Positions 40,132-54,232 of a DNA stretch of 64,000 nt are shown here, piece after piece. Each line of letters opens with the position of its first letter. Position 1 is the first letter of the stretch. The stretch is from Octopus sinensis (Eukaryota). The stretch is from positions 2,604,001-2,668,000 of the forward strand of contig NC_043008.1 in NCBI RefSeq assembly GCF_006345805.1, written 5' to 3'. Both the position numbers and the translations under genes were made by a program. A model generated the notes under the pieces. It saw only the letters and a program-made list of their open reading frames with translations, was not told where the DNA came from and did no database searches.

Positions 40132-41235
40132 GTGTGTGTGTGTGTGTTGTGTGTGTGTGTGTGTGTGCGCGCACGCATGTGTTTGGTTGTGTGTCTATCA
40201 GAAACAAAAGAATGCATAAAACCGCGACCAAAACAAATAGCATCATTACAATACCACTAATTAATACACAACTGAAAAAACAAAAATGTTATGAATTATA
40301 AAAAGATTTGCATCGAAAATAAAATAACAATCACAGAAAATAATACGGTACTATAGTGTTATTTGGAACTTTTGAATGAATTGTCTTTGATCATAGGTCA
40401 ATGGTTTTTGACTAAACACCAATGATAGATCCAAACTCGCTGGCACGACCATCACTAAGATTAGCACACAACACTATCTCCTCTACTGTGCCATCAACTC
40501 TTGAATAACCAATTGGTAACCAATACTGATAATATTACGAACAGGATGGCAATGTCTGTAGCTTCATATGTTTCCTGTCAAGTAAACGGTGTGTGAGGAG
40601 AAAGGCAAAGTGTAGTGTTTGGAGTTTCAATGGCTCACTCAGAGTAGCAAAGGTAAAATACCCATGACGTCAGTGACCCGTCAATTAAATTAATCATACA
40701 AAACCACATCCCGTATTTTTATTCATCGTTTATTCTTCTCACGGCAGTTCGTATATCTATAGAAATATGATGGCAAATGAGTGGAATTGAACTTAGAACG
40801 GACGATTTTGCCAGCTTGTCACATTTCCAGGCGTAATATTTCCAACAGAACATTGTCGCATTAGATTCTGTACCAAACCAATTGGTGGATTTAAATAAGT
40901 TTTCCGATCATGAGATAACAGAATACATCGTCAGCATTACATCTTACTTCAAGCTAACAGAGTAATGTGGAATATTTAACTTCTATTTTGAGAAGCCCTT
41001 CCCAGTAGCTTACGAAAACATGCAGAATAAACTTACAGTTGTTATCATCCGAGAGACGTTTAGGTTAAGAAACGAAGTGATACTACCACTGAGAATGAAA
41101 AGCAACCCTCACATTTAAATGGTGCCCTGTAAAATATACGACATGATTGTATCCTTTATTTTATGTGTATTCCACCAGCAGAAAGTCTATATTAATTTCG
41201 GGAAGGTATTGTAGCACTTCTAAATAATATAGCGT

Positions 41236-41520
41236 TTGAAAATACTTGCACTCTTTGATGTTATCGATTTCCTAGTGACCCGAAGCGAAAGTTTATCTAA
41301 CGAGGAATTGATGCAAATAAAACTAAATCAAGTTGCGAATAGAGACGGGAAAGCAAAACCTCTACAAAATCCACTTCAATTAACAGATATTGCTAAAGAG
41401 GAAGATTTGAAAATTTTCATGATGGAATTGCTAATAGCTAATAGCAGTTGTTGTTCATCATCCTTTAATCTGAAGAATGATTGCAGGTTTTATCACCACA
41501 GATACCGTGATTATTTGTAG
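41236..41520 (+). mobile_element. Possible Tigger/pogo C-terminal remnant
   Basis: ESLSNEELMQI resembles Tigger H.EELTNEELMEL; little other support. Confidence 0.25.
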
Positions 41521-41529
41521 TTTATGAAT

Positions 41530-41830
41530 GAAGAATTTATGGTCTCTCCTCAAGAACCAACGTTCACCAATAAAGTGTTCCAGACGGATTGGTAGTTATC
41601 CTTTTCCTCCAATAATAATAGGTATGAAACCGAATGTGTATTTGAGGTTGTTGATTTGCAAACACCTTATCAATGGTTCATAAATATCTTCTTAATCTTG
41701 TATTTTTGTAACCATTTTTTGTCCAGATTCCACCCAACAATATCTGAACGGTTTTATCTTAAGGTGTTTGATACTTGTTCATAGAAACGTATCTGGAAGA
41801 CAGGTTGCAATAATGTAGTTGAACTTTCTG
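41530..41830 (-). mobile_element. Remnant of a restriction-like-endonuclease (R4/NeSL/CRE-type) LINE C-terminus
   Basis: Minus-strand HIIATC-like, DIVGWNLDKK (cf. PDIV.WD), EDIYEPLIRCLQINNLKYTFGFIPIIIGGKG (cf. K..KY..L....F.PIIIGALG). Confidence 0.5.
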
Positions 41831-41887
41831 CCTTATTCTCGCGCTGCATGTGTATATGTGTGTGTATGTGTACAGACATATATATGT

Positions 41888-41942
<55 letters not shown>

Positions 41943-42479
41943 ATATATATCCTTGGTGTTTAGTAGTTAATCTCTTTATCCGATGCACTAAATTACGTAT
42001 TAATTTTGTACTAAATGATTCGGCATTCCACAAACAAGAGCGTCTACACTTAATGTTAATCCTTAACCGATTTGAACAAGGAACATTCTCAGAAACCTGG
42101 ACCCTTCAATTACACTTAGGCTTATTCACACAGGATTTAAGCCAAATTCTTTCTACCAAACATCTCTCGAAAATTTTGATTTCAGTAATATTCTTATTTC
42201 TTGGAGTACCTGCGTATGTAATCCAATTAATTTGTTTTATATTTGTTAATTCAATATTGCAGTTACTGGTAATTCGATGTTCTAAATATATAGATATTTG
42301 TAAATATATCCAAAAGTTTAAAATATCCAAAATTTAACTTCCACTCAACTAATGCTAACATCGAAATAAAAGAATTTTGCTTTCTTTTGTTAGGTTGTGT
42401 ACTAATGTAAAATGAAAATGTTCTGCTAATTTCCTGCAAACAATCAAACTTTCACCTATATCATACTTAAGAATACACT

Positions 42480-42900
42480 ATTGCTATTAAATTCATTAAT
42501 CGTAATATCTGCCTTCTAGATTCTACATGCTTTGCTAGTGGTAGATTTCCACAAAGCTCTGAATAATTTAATAATACCACTGTGGTGCGTATTAGGCATA
42601 CGTTGATCTCTTTTAATTTCCAGTGGAATATGTTTACGCACAGGATTATATGATTCCAATAGATGTCATGAAACCGCATTGTTCCGCACAATTTGGGAAT
42701 TGAAGAATAAAGATTTAATTCGAAATTAAAATGGAATATTTCATCCTGAAGTACAGGTCTCGACATGGAACAAAATACAATGCAACATTTTATGCCAGAA
42801 ATCTGATAATCCGCTTCGACAAATTTCCAGTTATTAATGAGTTAAATAATCCTCTTACTCACCGTAAATTTTGCTCATTTCATCTAACTGACCTTTCTTC
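42480..42900 (+). mobile_element. Penelope-like GIY-YIG endonuclease remnant
   Basis: With frameshifts: NRNICLLDSTCFASG, Y.G.T...F.FQWN, ETALFRTIWELKNK..FEIK, GTK.......LIIRFDKFPVINELNNPLTHRKF, matching the PLE EN C-terminal pattern. Confidence 0.55.
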
Positions 42901-43092
42901 GCTTTTACTTTTCATCCTCATCATAGTTGCTTGCTTTTGTTATAGATGTACACATCACGAGACCAGGGTTGACAACGATACTGTTTCTTTCTAATGATTT
43001 ACAGAAGGAAAATAGGGAACCCTCCAAGAAATTGTGATTGAGATTATTATATACGTATATCCGCATACTATCTCAAGATGGATGGCGTTACA

Positions 43093-43477
43093 TCTCTCTC
43101 TATATAAACGGCAGTTTGTCTGTGCGTGTTTCTGTGTGTCTGTTTTCTCGTACCCTCACCCTGACCACGGCTTTCAACCGATTCTGATGAACTTGACACA
43201 CACATAGCCCAATGTCATAATTCAAAACTAACGCAGCGAAAATTTTGAAAAGTTCCCCCAGTTCTGAAAAAAATCGATAAATTCGACATGGGGTCGAGAA
43301 TAAAAAAAAACAAACCACAGACTGTCTAGGGGACGCAACTCAACCTTATTACTCTCAAAAAAAAAATTTACCATCATTTTTTTTCCATTTTTTGGCTATT
43401 TTTTGGCTATAACTCTCTAAAAATGCTTTATAGTTATTTCCCTTACAAACCTGAGCAACGCCGGGCGATACTGCTAG
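43093..43477 (+). mobile_element. Non-autonomous Helitron (canonical termini)
   Basis: A|TCTCTCTCTATATAAA start, subterminal hairpin cctgagc-aac-gccggg (43450-43465), CTAG|T end at 43474-43478, no TSD. Confidence 0.8.
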
Positions 43478-43623
43478 TATTACATAAACTTACCTAAACC
43501 GTCTTGCACAAATTCTGATAAACTCAAACGCAAATTTGCTCATGCGTATAAGCATACATAAGCTCGCATACGCATCCACGTATTTTGAAGCACTCAATCA
43601 CATTTTTCTTTCTCTCTTACACA

Positions 43624-43662
<39 letters not shown>

Positions 43663-43773
43663 CTTCCAGTTATTAGTGTTGCATGCTACCATAAATCGTC
43701 CCACTTTCGAGTATATTCAGTTTTGCTCGTATTTCTCTACAAAACTTTCATCAAATGCATATGTATATATTTG

Positions 43774-43807
<34 letters not shown>

Positions 43808-43903
43808 AACACACACACACACACACATACACAAGCACTCACATACATGTATCTACCTATACATATATATGAGCAGAGAAAGAGAAAAGGTGAGAGAGAA
43901 AGT

Positions 43904-43995
<92 letters not shown>
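43904..43995. repeat. (GATA)n microsatellite
   Basis: Directly visible. Confidence 0.95.
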
Positions 43996-43996
<1 letters not shown>

Positions 43997-44383
43997 ATAG
44001 TTAGATATATTCGACCACACTCTTACACATAAACCAATGCTTTTATACATGGGAAAAACGTGTACTGACATATACTTTCTTGTCAACAGATAAAATCATT
44101 TGCATATAGTCTGAAACCTACCCACGATAATTACCTATAAAAGGATTAGGCTGTCAATGAAGCAATTAAATGCTCCCCACCCAGAAATAGCGTTCTTTTA
44201 TTTGATTCGAAAACTAATTACGGGATATTATGGACTTAGTTTGCACGGACGGCCTCTTCGGTGAATGAACTCTGATGAGACTGGATGACATGCATTAGAA
44301 ATGGAGCAGAAGAATAAAGTTATTGATATATGCGTATACATGTGTTTATATATCAAGATCTGTATACCTGCCAACATACACTC

Positions 44384-44384
<1 letters not shown>

Positions 44385-44482
<98 letters not shown>

Positions 44483-44497
44483 CATATATTATATATA

Positions 44498-44584
<87 letters not shown>

Positions 44585-44601
44585 TGTGTATGTGTGTGTG
44601 T

Positions 44602-44664
<63 letters not shown>

Positions 44665-44725
44665 CATATATATATATACATACATACATACATACATACA
44701 TACATACATACATACATACACACAC
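44385..44725. repeat. Long (TA)n/(TACA)n microsatellite
   Basis: Directly visible. Confidence 0.95.
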
Positions 44726-45564
44726 AATTATCAACGAAAGGTTTGATGAGAAAATTACCAGTGAATGATCAACTCGAAAATGGTTTAAATGATTTCGCAG
44801 TGGAGACTTCAGGATTGAAGGTCGTGAGCAAAGTGGACGCCCATCTATCATCGCTGACGTTCAATTAAAGACTGTCATTGACAAAGATCCACGTAAAACC
44901 ACTTGAGAACTGGCAATAGAACTTCAGGTTAGCCACAAAACCGCCTGCACCCATTTGCATGCCATCGGAAAATCAGAAAAAGCTCGACACCTGGGAACCA
45001 CACGGTTTGAATGAAAATCAGAAATGTTCAGATAAGAAATTTCGTTGTCGTCTCTTCTTCGTAACCAGACCATTTTATTTTCTATGCGATGAAAAGCGGA
45101 TTCTGTACAATACTAAATATTCTACGCAGTGGCTGGAACAAAATGAAGCACCTTAAAATCTTTCCTAAACCCGAACTCTTCAAAAGGAAGGTTATGGTGG
45201 TTTACTGTTAAACCCATCCACTACGACGCTCCCGAAGCTGAGGAATCTTGGCTACGAAGTTCTCCCCCGCCCAGCTTATTTTCCAGAACCTTCTCCTAGC
45301 TACTACCACTTTTTGAAGCACCTTGATATTTTCCTGCGAGAGGAGTTGAATAATCAAACTGATGCCGAGAGTGCGTAGAAAGAGTTCATCAGCTCGAGAC
45401 CTCCAGATGTTTATGTTACCGGAATAAACAAACTTGAAACTCATTGTCAAAAATGTGTTGATTGTGATGCTATTTGGTTTGATGAATAAATTTCTGTATT
45501 GTTGAAAAATACTGTGATGAATTTAATGTTACAAAACGTTGCCAACTTTTTACTCAGCCTGATA
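44726..45564 (+). mobile_element. Mariner element, internally deleted, right TIR-like end present
   Basis: [28 protein letters not shown] (WVPHEL), CDEKRILY, KVMV, YEVLPRPAYFPEPSPSYYHF; ends ...tactcagcctgaTA. Confidence 0.85.
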
Positions 45565-45615
45565 AGTGTATGTATATATATATATATATATATGGTGAGG
45601 TGTATATATGTATGC

Positions 45616-45669
<54 letters not shown>

Positions 45670-45949
45670 ATATATATAGATGAGAGAAAATGAGTTCCAA
45701 AAGAAGAATTTATACTTTTTGAATGATCCAAAAACTGTGGAATAAAAATTTCCAATCAAACATTCATCATATTCTTAAAAATCTCCTAGACTAAGTATCA
45801 AGAATATGAAAATAATAATTGAAAAATTCGTTATAGGTACAAATATACCATATACAAGTATAAAAATGGAGAAAATATGTTAAAATCAAAATTGAATTTA
45901 ATACAAAATTGAATTCGATACATACGCACTTTTCAAAAGACAATACAAA

Positions 45950-46110
45950 TATTTAAACCCAATGATGGCATTTGAGAACATTCCTTGAAATTATTCAAAC
46001 AATTTTGTCTTTGAGCTCAGACATGCTTGATAAATCCAAGATTGGACACACTCTGCATATATCCTGTAAGAGTCAAAAGTGCTTCCATATCAGCAGAACT
46101 GATAGGTATC
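45950..46110 (-). mobile_element. Possible hAT-like C-terminal fragment
   Basis: Minus-strand WIPISSADME resembles W.P.SSADVERSFS; weak. Confidence 0.25.
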
Positions 46111-47620
46111 CAAATTTGAGACAAGTGTTCGAAAAGTGATCGCACAAGCCTGCATGCTGAATATATTGTGAGCTAGCACACGCTGGTTTACAAGTAGCTA
46201 GGTGCTTAACTTTGTGCCCTACAATTGTACAGGTATTTCATGTAATATTTTGTCCCAACTAATATTTCACGTGAATTAAAGAGCTTTTCAAATCTAGTAG
46301 AAATCAAGATAGTGAAAGGAACGTTTGCTTATACACATCCATATATCACTCCGTGTTTAACATTGCTCTATGAATAATACCACTGTTTATATAAAACTCA
46401 GCAGTTTTGTAGCATGTAATTGTCACACCAGGATACATGAACAAACGTAGGCGGTGAAACACGTTTGTTAAATGCTCTCCCCTGCTCAACATTAGTTGTC
46501 AAATGGATTGGAGAGATGAACAAAAGGTTTCGTATAGATTTCTGCTGCATTTCTTTCACAGAACGATTTTTATCAATAGGACCACTTTCGCAATGAAAGT
46601 TGCATTGGATTCTTGGCAGATGATTGGAGCAAGATGGCAAATGAGGCGTTTCGGGAAATATTCTTGCCAATATGTTGCGAGAAATTCACAAATATGGTTG
46701 ATACCTTTAAGATTTTAGCATGCAGGAGTTATATGCATGCAAAGCACCACACTCGCATACGCACACACGTTACCCGCATATCCACACTCAAACACGCACA
46801 CAAAGATAAATAGATAGATAATAATATGTATACCCATGTATGTCTGTGACACATGAATATATACTTGCATATTCATTAATGCTACTTATGACATTTATTT
46901 AAAGTGAATCCGAAGATTTTCTTAAATGAAACTGCAACTTCCTTGTTGGCCAAGAATAAAAACGACATTTTGTAATATTGCATTTCAAAAATCAATGATA
47001 TCGGGTCTCACACTCCGACTTATCATTTGATGGTGAATGTTGTACGTTCCTACTCCCCTGCAAATAAATATTACGACGATAACTTGTCCTTTCAGCCTTC
47101 AAATTTACATGACTTCTATAGGTATCACGTCATACGGACAGGCTTATTGCCAAGAATGATTGAATTCAGGTTACAACTTTCAGAGGTTTACTGTATAATA
47201 TCGTAATAATGCATCTCTGGCAAACATTCGTTGCGATGACACACCTTCACTGAACGGAAACAGCTCCTCCCGTGACGGCAAATAACTTACAGTCGTTATC
47301 GAATCATTCTCCAATTTAGATTTGAGTTCCTTCGATTCTAGAGTACTTCAGATATTTTGTGGATTACTTGTTTGAAATTCATCTATGACTTTTTCTTTTT
47401 CAATAGCCACAATCGATCAGGTTGAAAAAGATATATAAAAAACGGACAGTGATATTTCCGATATTGGAGATTGTCCTTATATTGAAGGCGATTGTTTTTG
47501 TGCCTTTTCCTTCTTTCAGTTTCTTTTTTGAGTTTTTCGTCAGTTTGAAGTTACATCTATGTATGTGTTTGTATTTTGTGTGGTTGTTCTAGGTACCAGG
47601 AATACAGCAATTATATAAGT

Positions 47621-48450
47621 TATCAGGTCATCACATAAGTTCTGTGCGATTTTAACTTTTCTTAAAATTGAAGGAAATTTAATAGTATTTTAGAATGTCT
47701 AATGGAATTAAGAATTATTTTTATGCATTTGTGTACATTTAATCTAATGAAATATTATTTTACAGAATAATAGAATTAAAATTTCTTTGATTAAAACCCA
47801 TTGTAACATGGAACTATCCAAAGAGCATTTGAGGCACATAATGCTTTATGAGTACAAAAAGGGAAAGTCTACAGGCGACGCAACTCGAAACATACACTCA
47901 GTTTATGGGAAAGGACGTTTGAATGAAAGAACTTGCAGAAGATGGTTTGCAAAATTTAGAAGTGGAGATTTCAGCCTTAAAGATGAAGATGGAACAGGAC
48001 GCCGAATTGAGTTTCATGATAAGCTTTGTGAGGCATTACTTGAAGAAAATCCTGTATCATCAGTTGAAGAATTGGCAATAAAGCTTCTTACCATACAACT
48101 GTTTATCGTCATTTTCAACAACTGGAAAGGTTCCTAATCTTGGAAAATGTGTGCCTCATGAACTGCTCGAAAGCAACCGCAAAGGTCGACCACAGCCGAG
48201 AAGAGAACTTCATGGAAAATAGGTGTTTCTCTCTATCTGCTGAGATTTCAAAGGAGTAATTCACTTTGAATTGTTGCCACTTAATGCAACAATCAATTTT
48301 CAAGTCTACTGTCAGCAAGTACGGCGTTTGAACCAAGCTTCAAAGAAAAAAAGACCCGCTTTAGTGAATCGACCACGATTGGTGTTTCATCAGGACGATG
48401 GGCGACCCCACACAGCAAAAACACATCACAGAAGATCGAAAATCGCGGTT
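47621..48450 (+). mobile_element. Mariner element, left TIR-like start plus transposase with internal deletion and 3' truncation
   Basis: TAtcaggtcatcacataagtt start; MELSKEHLRHIMLYEYKKGKS...TCRRWFAKFRSGDFSLKDE; CVPHEL; VIHFELLPLNATINFQVYCQQ; RLVFHQDDGRPHTAK. Confidence 0.9.
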
Positions 48451-49680
48451 GGGAAATATATATATGTATAAAATTCAAATAAGTTATCATATATATATTG
48501 ATAGACAAACACAAACTTTTCGATAGACAGCTATAGGTGTGGATAAGTAGGTATATATATATATATATGTAAACTCTAATTTAATAATGATGCTGGCATT
48601 CTCTTTCAAATCCTCTTATTTTAAGGCTAAAATAAAACAAAGCAAATGAAAATGTGCCTCCTTGCTCTATCTCATGTTGTATGTTGAACATCGCTATTCT
48701 CTTTAAGCTTTCCTGACTCGAGAGAAAATTGTTACAAATTTTCATTTTCATTTCTCGTATTTCTAGCTTATGGGTTCAATAATCATATTTGCAAATTAAA
48801 ACTTAATGTATGAACAATTAACATAATTTTGGGTCTGTTTAAGCTCTGCTGGACACTGACTTGAAACCATTTTCATAGATCTAGAATACTTCATAAGATA
48901 TGTATAAATTTCGTTCTTAGTATCAAACATCCAAAGTCTAACATTTATTTTAAACGTTCTCGCATTTGCCGAAACTGATTACATTTTTATAAATATATTA
49001 CGTGAGTAATGGTGCATAACATAAATATATGTAAACTAAAATATAGAAGCTTTAACCAAAGATTTACTGGCAAACACCATACTGCTTCAAACAAGTATCT
49101 CCGATCGTCATAAATATATATTATCTACATAACACACTGAGGAAAATAAAATAGAGGTTTATACAAATAACAGAGTTACCAGTAAGAAGATATAGCAAGG
49201 GCACATAGGAACTATTTTTTAACGGATGGATGTGATCAGGTAGTAATGTAGGCAAGTTGGATCATATATATATGGATAGCAACTTTCAGAAGAAATAGAT
49301 ATTTCTATAAAGAGATTGTCGCACTCAGTCGATGCGTACACACGCACACAACCATGCATAGGGATAGAGGTTGGAAAGATAACAAGTAATTTAGATTGAT
49401 AGATGGATAAATAGATAGATAGATAGACATGCAGAGAGACAGACAGACAGTTAAATAGGGAATAAGAGAATATGAAGAAGAGAAAGAGATATATAGAAGT
49501 AGGGAGAAAACAAGAGTGCAACGCAAATATTGGTGAGGAAAAGGTGGCATTTTGCTTTGAGGAAATGAATGTAAACAAATGATATATAAGTCCACGTATT
49601 TGTGTGCGTATGTGTGTGAATGTGTGTGTGTATGTGCCTCTGTGTTTGCGTATGATTGTCTGTGCATGTGTGTATGTCTA

Positions 49681-49724
<44 letters not shown>

Positions 49725-50074
49725 TGTGTGTGTGTGGCATGCTTGCGGGTGTATCAGTATCTGCACACGTTCTTCAATTTAGGTGTTTTGTGTCTGAGAT
49801 AGTGTGTATGTGTGTTTGTGTGTGAGAGAGAGAGAGAGACAAGGGGAGAAAGAAAGACTGAGGAAGAAAACAAAGGAGAGAAAGAGAACGAGAGCGAGAG
49901 ATAGAGAGATTGAAGAAGAAAGTTGCAGAAAGGAAGATGAACGAAACAGGAGAGAAGATGAGACGAGCTGGAGGCAATTAGTATTAAGAGCAAATTGAGT
50001 TGATTGCAGTTCTTTAAAGGGGGAGAAAAAAGAAGAGATTTCGAGGTGTGTACGTGTGTGTGTGTGTGTGTGTG

Positions 50075-50106
<32 letters not shown>

Positions 50107-50397
50107 GTGTGCGCGCGTGTGTGTGTGTAGGTGTGAAACTATGTGTGAAGCGAAGGACGTAGTAGGAGCTGCGTGTGTGATGAGAGAATTTGTGAAATGA
50201 GAGTAGGATTTTAATGGAGCAAAGAGACAGAGAAAGATGAGAGACGATGTTTCAAATCGTGAGAGAGAAAAGAGGAAGCAACGGGTGAAAGGAGAAGAGC
50301 TATTAAATTAATCTAAGAGAGATGGTCGAGAGAACGACCGAAAAAGAGATATTTAGAACGGTAAACTTATCTAGCTAGAAAACATATACAGGCCTAT

Positions 50398-50476
50398 CTA
50401 CTTATTTATCTATCTATCTATTTATCTATCTACCTATCTATCAATCTATCTATCTATCTATCAATCAATCAATCAT

Positions 50477-50508
<32 letters not shown>

Positions 50509-50625
50509 CCTATCTATCTATCTATCTATCAATCAATCAATCTATCTATCTGTCTGTCTATCAATCTGTCTATCTATCTCTCTATCTCTCTATCTATCTA
50601 TCTATCTATCTCTCTATCTATCTAG
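50398..50625. repeat. (TCTA)n compound tetranucleotide array with TCAA/TCTG variants
   Basis: Directly visible. Confidence 0.95.
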
Positions 50626-50684
50626 ATATCTAGCTTGCTAGCTAGCCATATTCATACATATAACATACATACACACACACACAC

Positions 50685-50755
<71 letters not shown>

Positions 50756-51118
50756 CATATTTATGTACATACATATATATAGATAGATAGATAGATAGAT
50801 AGATAGGTAGGTACATAAGGAAAGAGAGAGTGGAGAGAGAAGCAGAGAGAGATTGAGACATATTCAGATAGATTTATGGATAAGGACGGATAAAAATTAT
50901 GACATTTAAGTGCTACAGAATAAAGGAGTAAGCAACGTCAATCTAAACGGGTCTTAATTGAAGATCATCAGCAGAAAACAACCCCACATTAATGAGCTGC
51001 GGCTCACACCTAATAAACCTTTGTTCCTTTCCTGTACATACGTCACCACCTTGCCATCATATCTGGGTTGTTAAACGTGTATTTACTGGAGTGGGTGATG
51101 GCTTGTAACAGCGGGCTT

Positions 51119-51245
<127 letters not shown>

Positions 51246-51864
51246 CTGTGTAAAGTGGAAACATTTTAAGGATTATTAATTGAGTCATAGTATTTGTGTG
51301 TATGTGTTTGTGTGTGTGTTTGTGAGTGTGTGAGTGTATTTCAGTACAAGACGTGTGGTTGTCAAATAAAATCTATAAATAGAAAATTGAGTACACCCAC
51401 GCCTAAACATAAGCAATATTCACTCTGATATACGCACAAACCCATTCCCATCTTCTTTGTATCTAAGCCTGTATGTCTGTATGTATGTATGTATGTATGT
51501 ATTATGTATATACGTATCATGTGTGTGCATGTATGCATATAACTATCTATCTATATCTATATATACACACACGCACGCGCGCGCGAGCATAGGAAATTCA
51601 TGCAGGTATATATGCATGTATAGAAGGTAAGATTCCCGCAGTCACATGTTCGTTTATTCAAACATTTGTGATTTGTACGTAGATAGTCACACATGATGAA
51701 TCATAGTTGGAAAGATCTTTCTTTGAACATTAAACTTATGCACTTTTATACGCCTGCGTATATAGTACTCATATTAATGTACGTCCCTCATATTAGCAAC
51801 GTGTGTGTAAGCAACACATTTATATACACAAACGCATAAATATACCTATATGTATGTGTGCATG

Positions 51865-51901
<37 letters not shown>

Positions 51902-51961
51902 GTATAGATATATATATATACATATATAGTTAAGTTAAGTTATACACACACACACACACAC

Positions 51962-52022
<61 letters not shown>

Positions 52023-52526
52023 CAGTATACATTTAAACACATAAATGTACACTGTACTTTATGACTAACACAGTCTTTGGACAAAAATTTTACACGTTAA
52101 ACCACTGGAAAGGACAGATTTTAAATAATTTCCATTTCCTTTTCATATGATTAAGTATTGTAAGTTTGGGGGATAAATTTCGGTTTTTAAAACATTAGGA
52201 TGTATAAACAAGAGGCACATAGTTTGATCGCCTTGTGCTTATATATTTAACCCAAGGTGTACCTGTTGAGGACGATTTTACTTAGCGGGTAAATGTTATT
52301 TACTTGCTAAACTAAAATCAGAAACCAATTGGTCCAGGGAAGTAGATGGTAAAAGGTTCTTTTTTTTCATTTCTTTCCTGTCGAATTTCATCTAATAGCA
52401 CTGGCTGTTTGATTTATAGTGCATCACATGCCGTCCATCATCATGTGGTAAACAGTAATAATGTTTTCCTCGTTGGTAGCAATTTCAGGACATCCAGACG
52501 TTGCCTCATCTATGTCTGTTTGTATG

Positions 52527-52571
<45 letters not shown>

Positions 52572-52931
52572 TGTGTGTGTGTGTGTGTATTTATATAATA
52601 TATATATATATATATGTATTTATATGTGTACATATTCATATACATGGTGCGTGTGTATGTATGTGTATTTGATTATGTGTATATGTATGTGTACAGATAG
52701 GAATGCAGCCACAGATTCGTTACCCCATTTGATATTCCAAAAATTGAAACACCCACTTACACATTATCTACACATTTTACTTTGAACTCTACTCATATAA
52801 GCTACTGATTTTTATCCTCCTCCACGTAACTACAAGCCTGTGCTTTCAAATATATACTTAGCAATCCATAACCTACGCACACATACAGTTACACATTCAA
52901 AACTGGAGACACCTATTTAAACATTCCTACT

Positions 52932-52962
<31 letters not shown>

Positions 52963-53831
52963 GTTTATAGTGTTACACATTCAGAATTACTAATACAAAA
53001 CTACACGTTCATATGTACATAAATTATTGCACATTCAGTTATGGATATACATTGAAACTTTCATCTAAAATTTACACTTATATTCCTAGACACTTAGTTA
53101 TTCACATTAATGCTTATATAAATCCCTGAATCAACACGTTGATGTCTGCATACGCATAGATTTCGAATTACACACGATATTTCAGCAATATATACGCTAT
53201 ACACACGTTATTATACACAAGAAATTATATCTATGTCAATTGCCACACATAAGGTTACCCAAAATAAATTATATATGTAACTTGCGAAGAACATATTCAC
53301 ACACACACTCACATACACACACACACATGTACGGGCAAAGTTAAATACTTGCTTATAGTCAATTTCTACGGAGAGGACGGTGCAGAGAATCTCATAACCA
53401 AAGCTCTGCGAAATATATTTATAGAGAGGAAGACAACGGATGCCTAGACATAGAATTATGCTCACAATCTCGTACAGAAGCTTCAGGAATTCTACTAGCA
53501 AGGCTAATGAAATCGTAATTATACGCACTCATCCAAGCTTATCATAAATATAATTGAAGCCATGGTTAATATGAATGCGTAATAGAGTTAAATGTACTTT
53601 AGTAAACACACACAGCAATGCCTGCAGTATTGACATGATGGCCGACACAGTAACACATTCGTAAACGCAGAGTTTATGTTTCTTTAAATGTTTCACGCAA
53701 ATGCCTAAACGCCGATTTACACTTACAGAAACATTTCGCGTCCAAATACATGCGTAGGAATTTTGATTCCATTCCACCTTGTTATATATATGCATTGTTA
53801 GACACTTGCTCAGCAAAACATTTCTATAAGT

Positions 53832-54232
53832 ATCTTTTATCGTTTATATGTTTCTGTCACTTGACTGCGGCCATGTTGTGGCTGAACCCTGAAAGGATTT
53901 AGACGAACGGATTGTCTCCTGTAGTTATTCTTTACTCCAGTACTGAGCGTGAATGATTGTTTTGCCAAGTCGTTTCGATGCGGGGTCGCAGACAAATTGA
54001 AAGCCGTTGCTCCGTGGTGTAGGTGGAGGGAAACACAATGACACAAATACATAGAGATACATACGCCCGCGTATACGACTGCTTTCAGTTTCCATCTATC
54101 AAATGAACTGGCATGGTTCATAGTATTTCGAATTTATAGTAGAAATCATTTGCACAGCATGCAGCGCAGTGGGACCGAACTCATTGCAATGCGATTGGAA
54201 ATCAAACTTATTAACACAGTGGTACGCTTGCC
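53832..54232 (-). mobile_element. SINE family A, near full length, degenerate
   Basis: cacttgactgcggccatg...ctttcagtttccatctatcaaat...tatagtagaa...gcagtgggaccgaac, colinear with 4425-4728 and the revcomp of 8407-8504. Confidence 0.65.

Noticed and set aside
44272-44320. CTGATGAG...GAAA as a hammerhead
   Set aside because: No helix II pairing between the core and GAAA.
46558-46690. Strong acceptor followed by an open frame (TIFINRTTFAMKVALDSW...)
   Set aside because: Weak donor and no recognisable protein.
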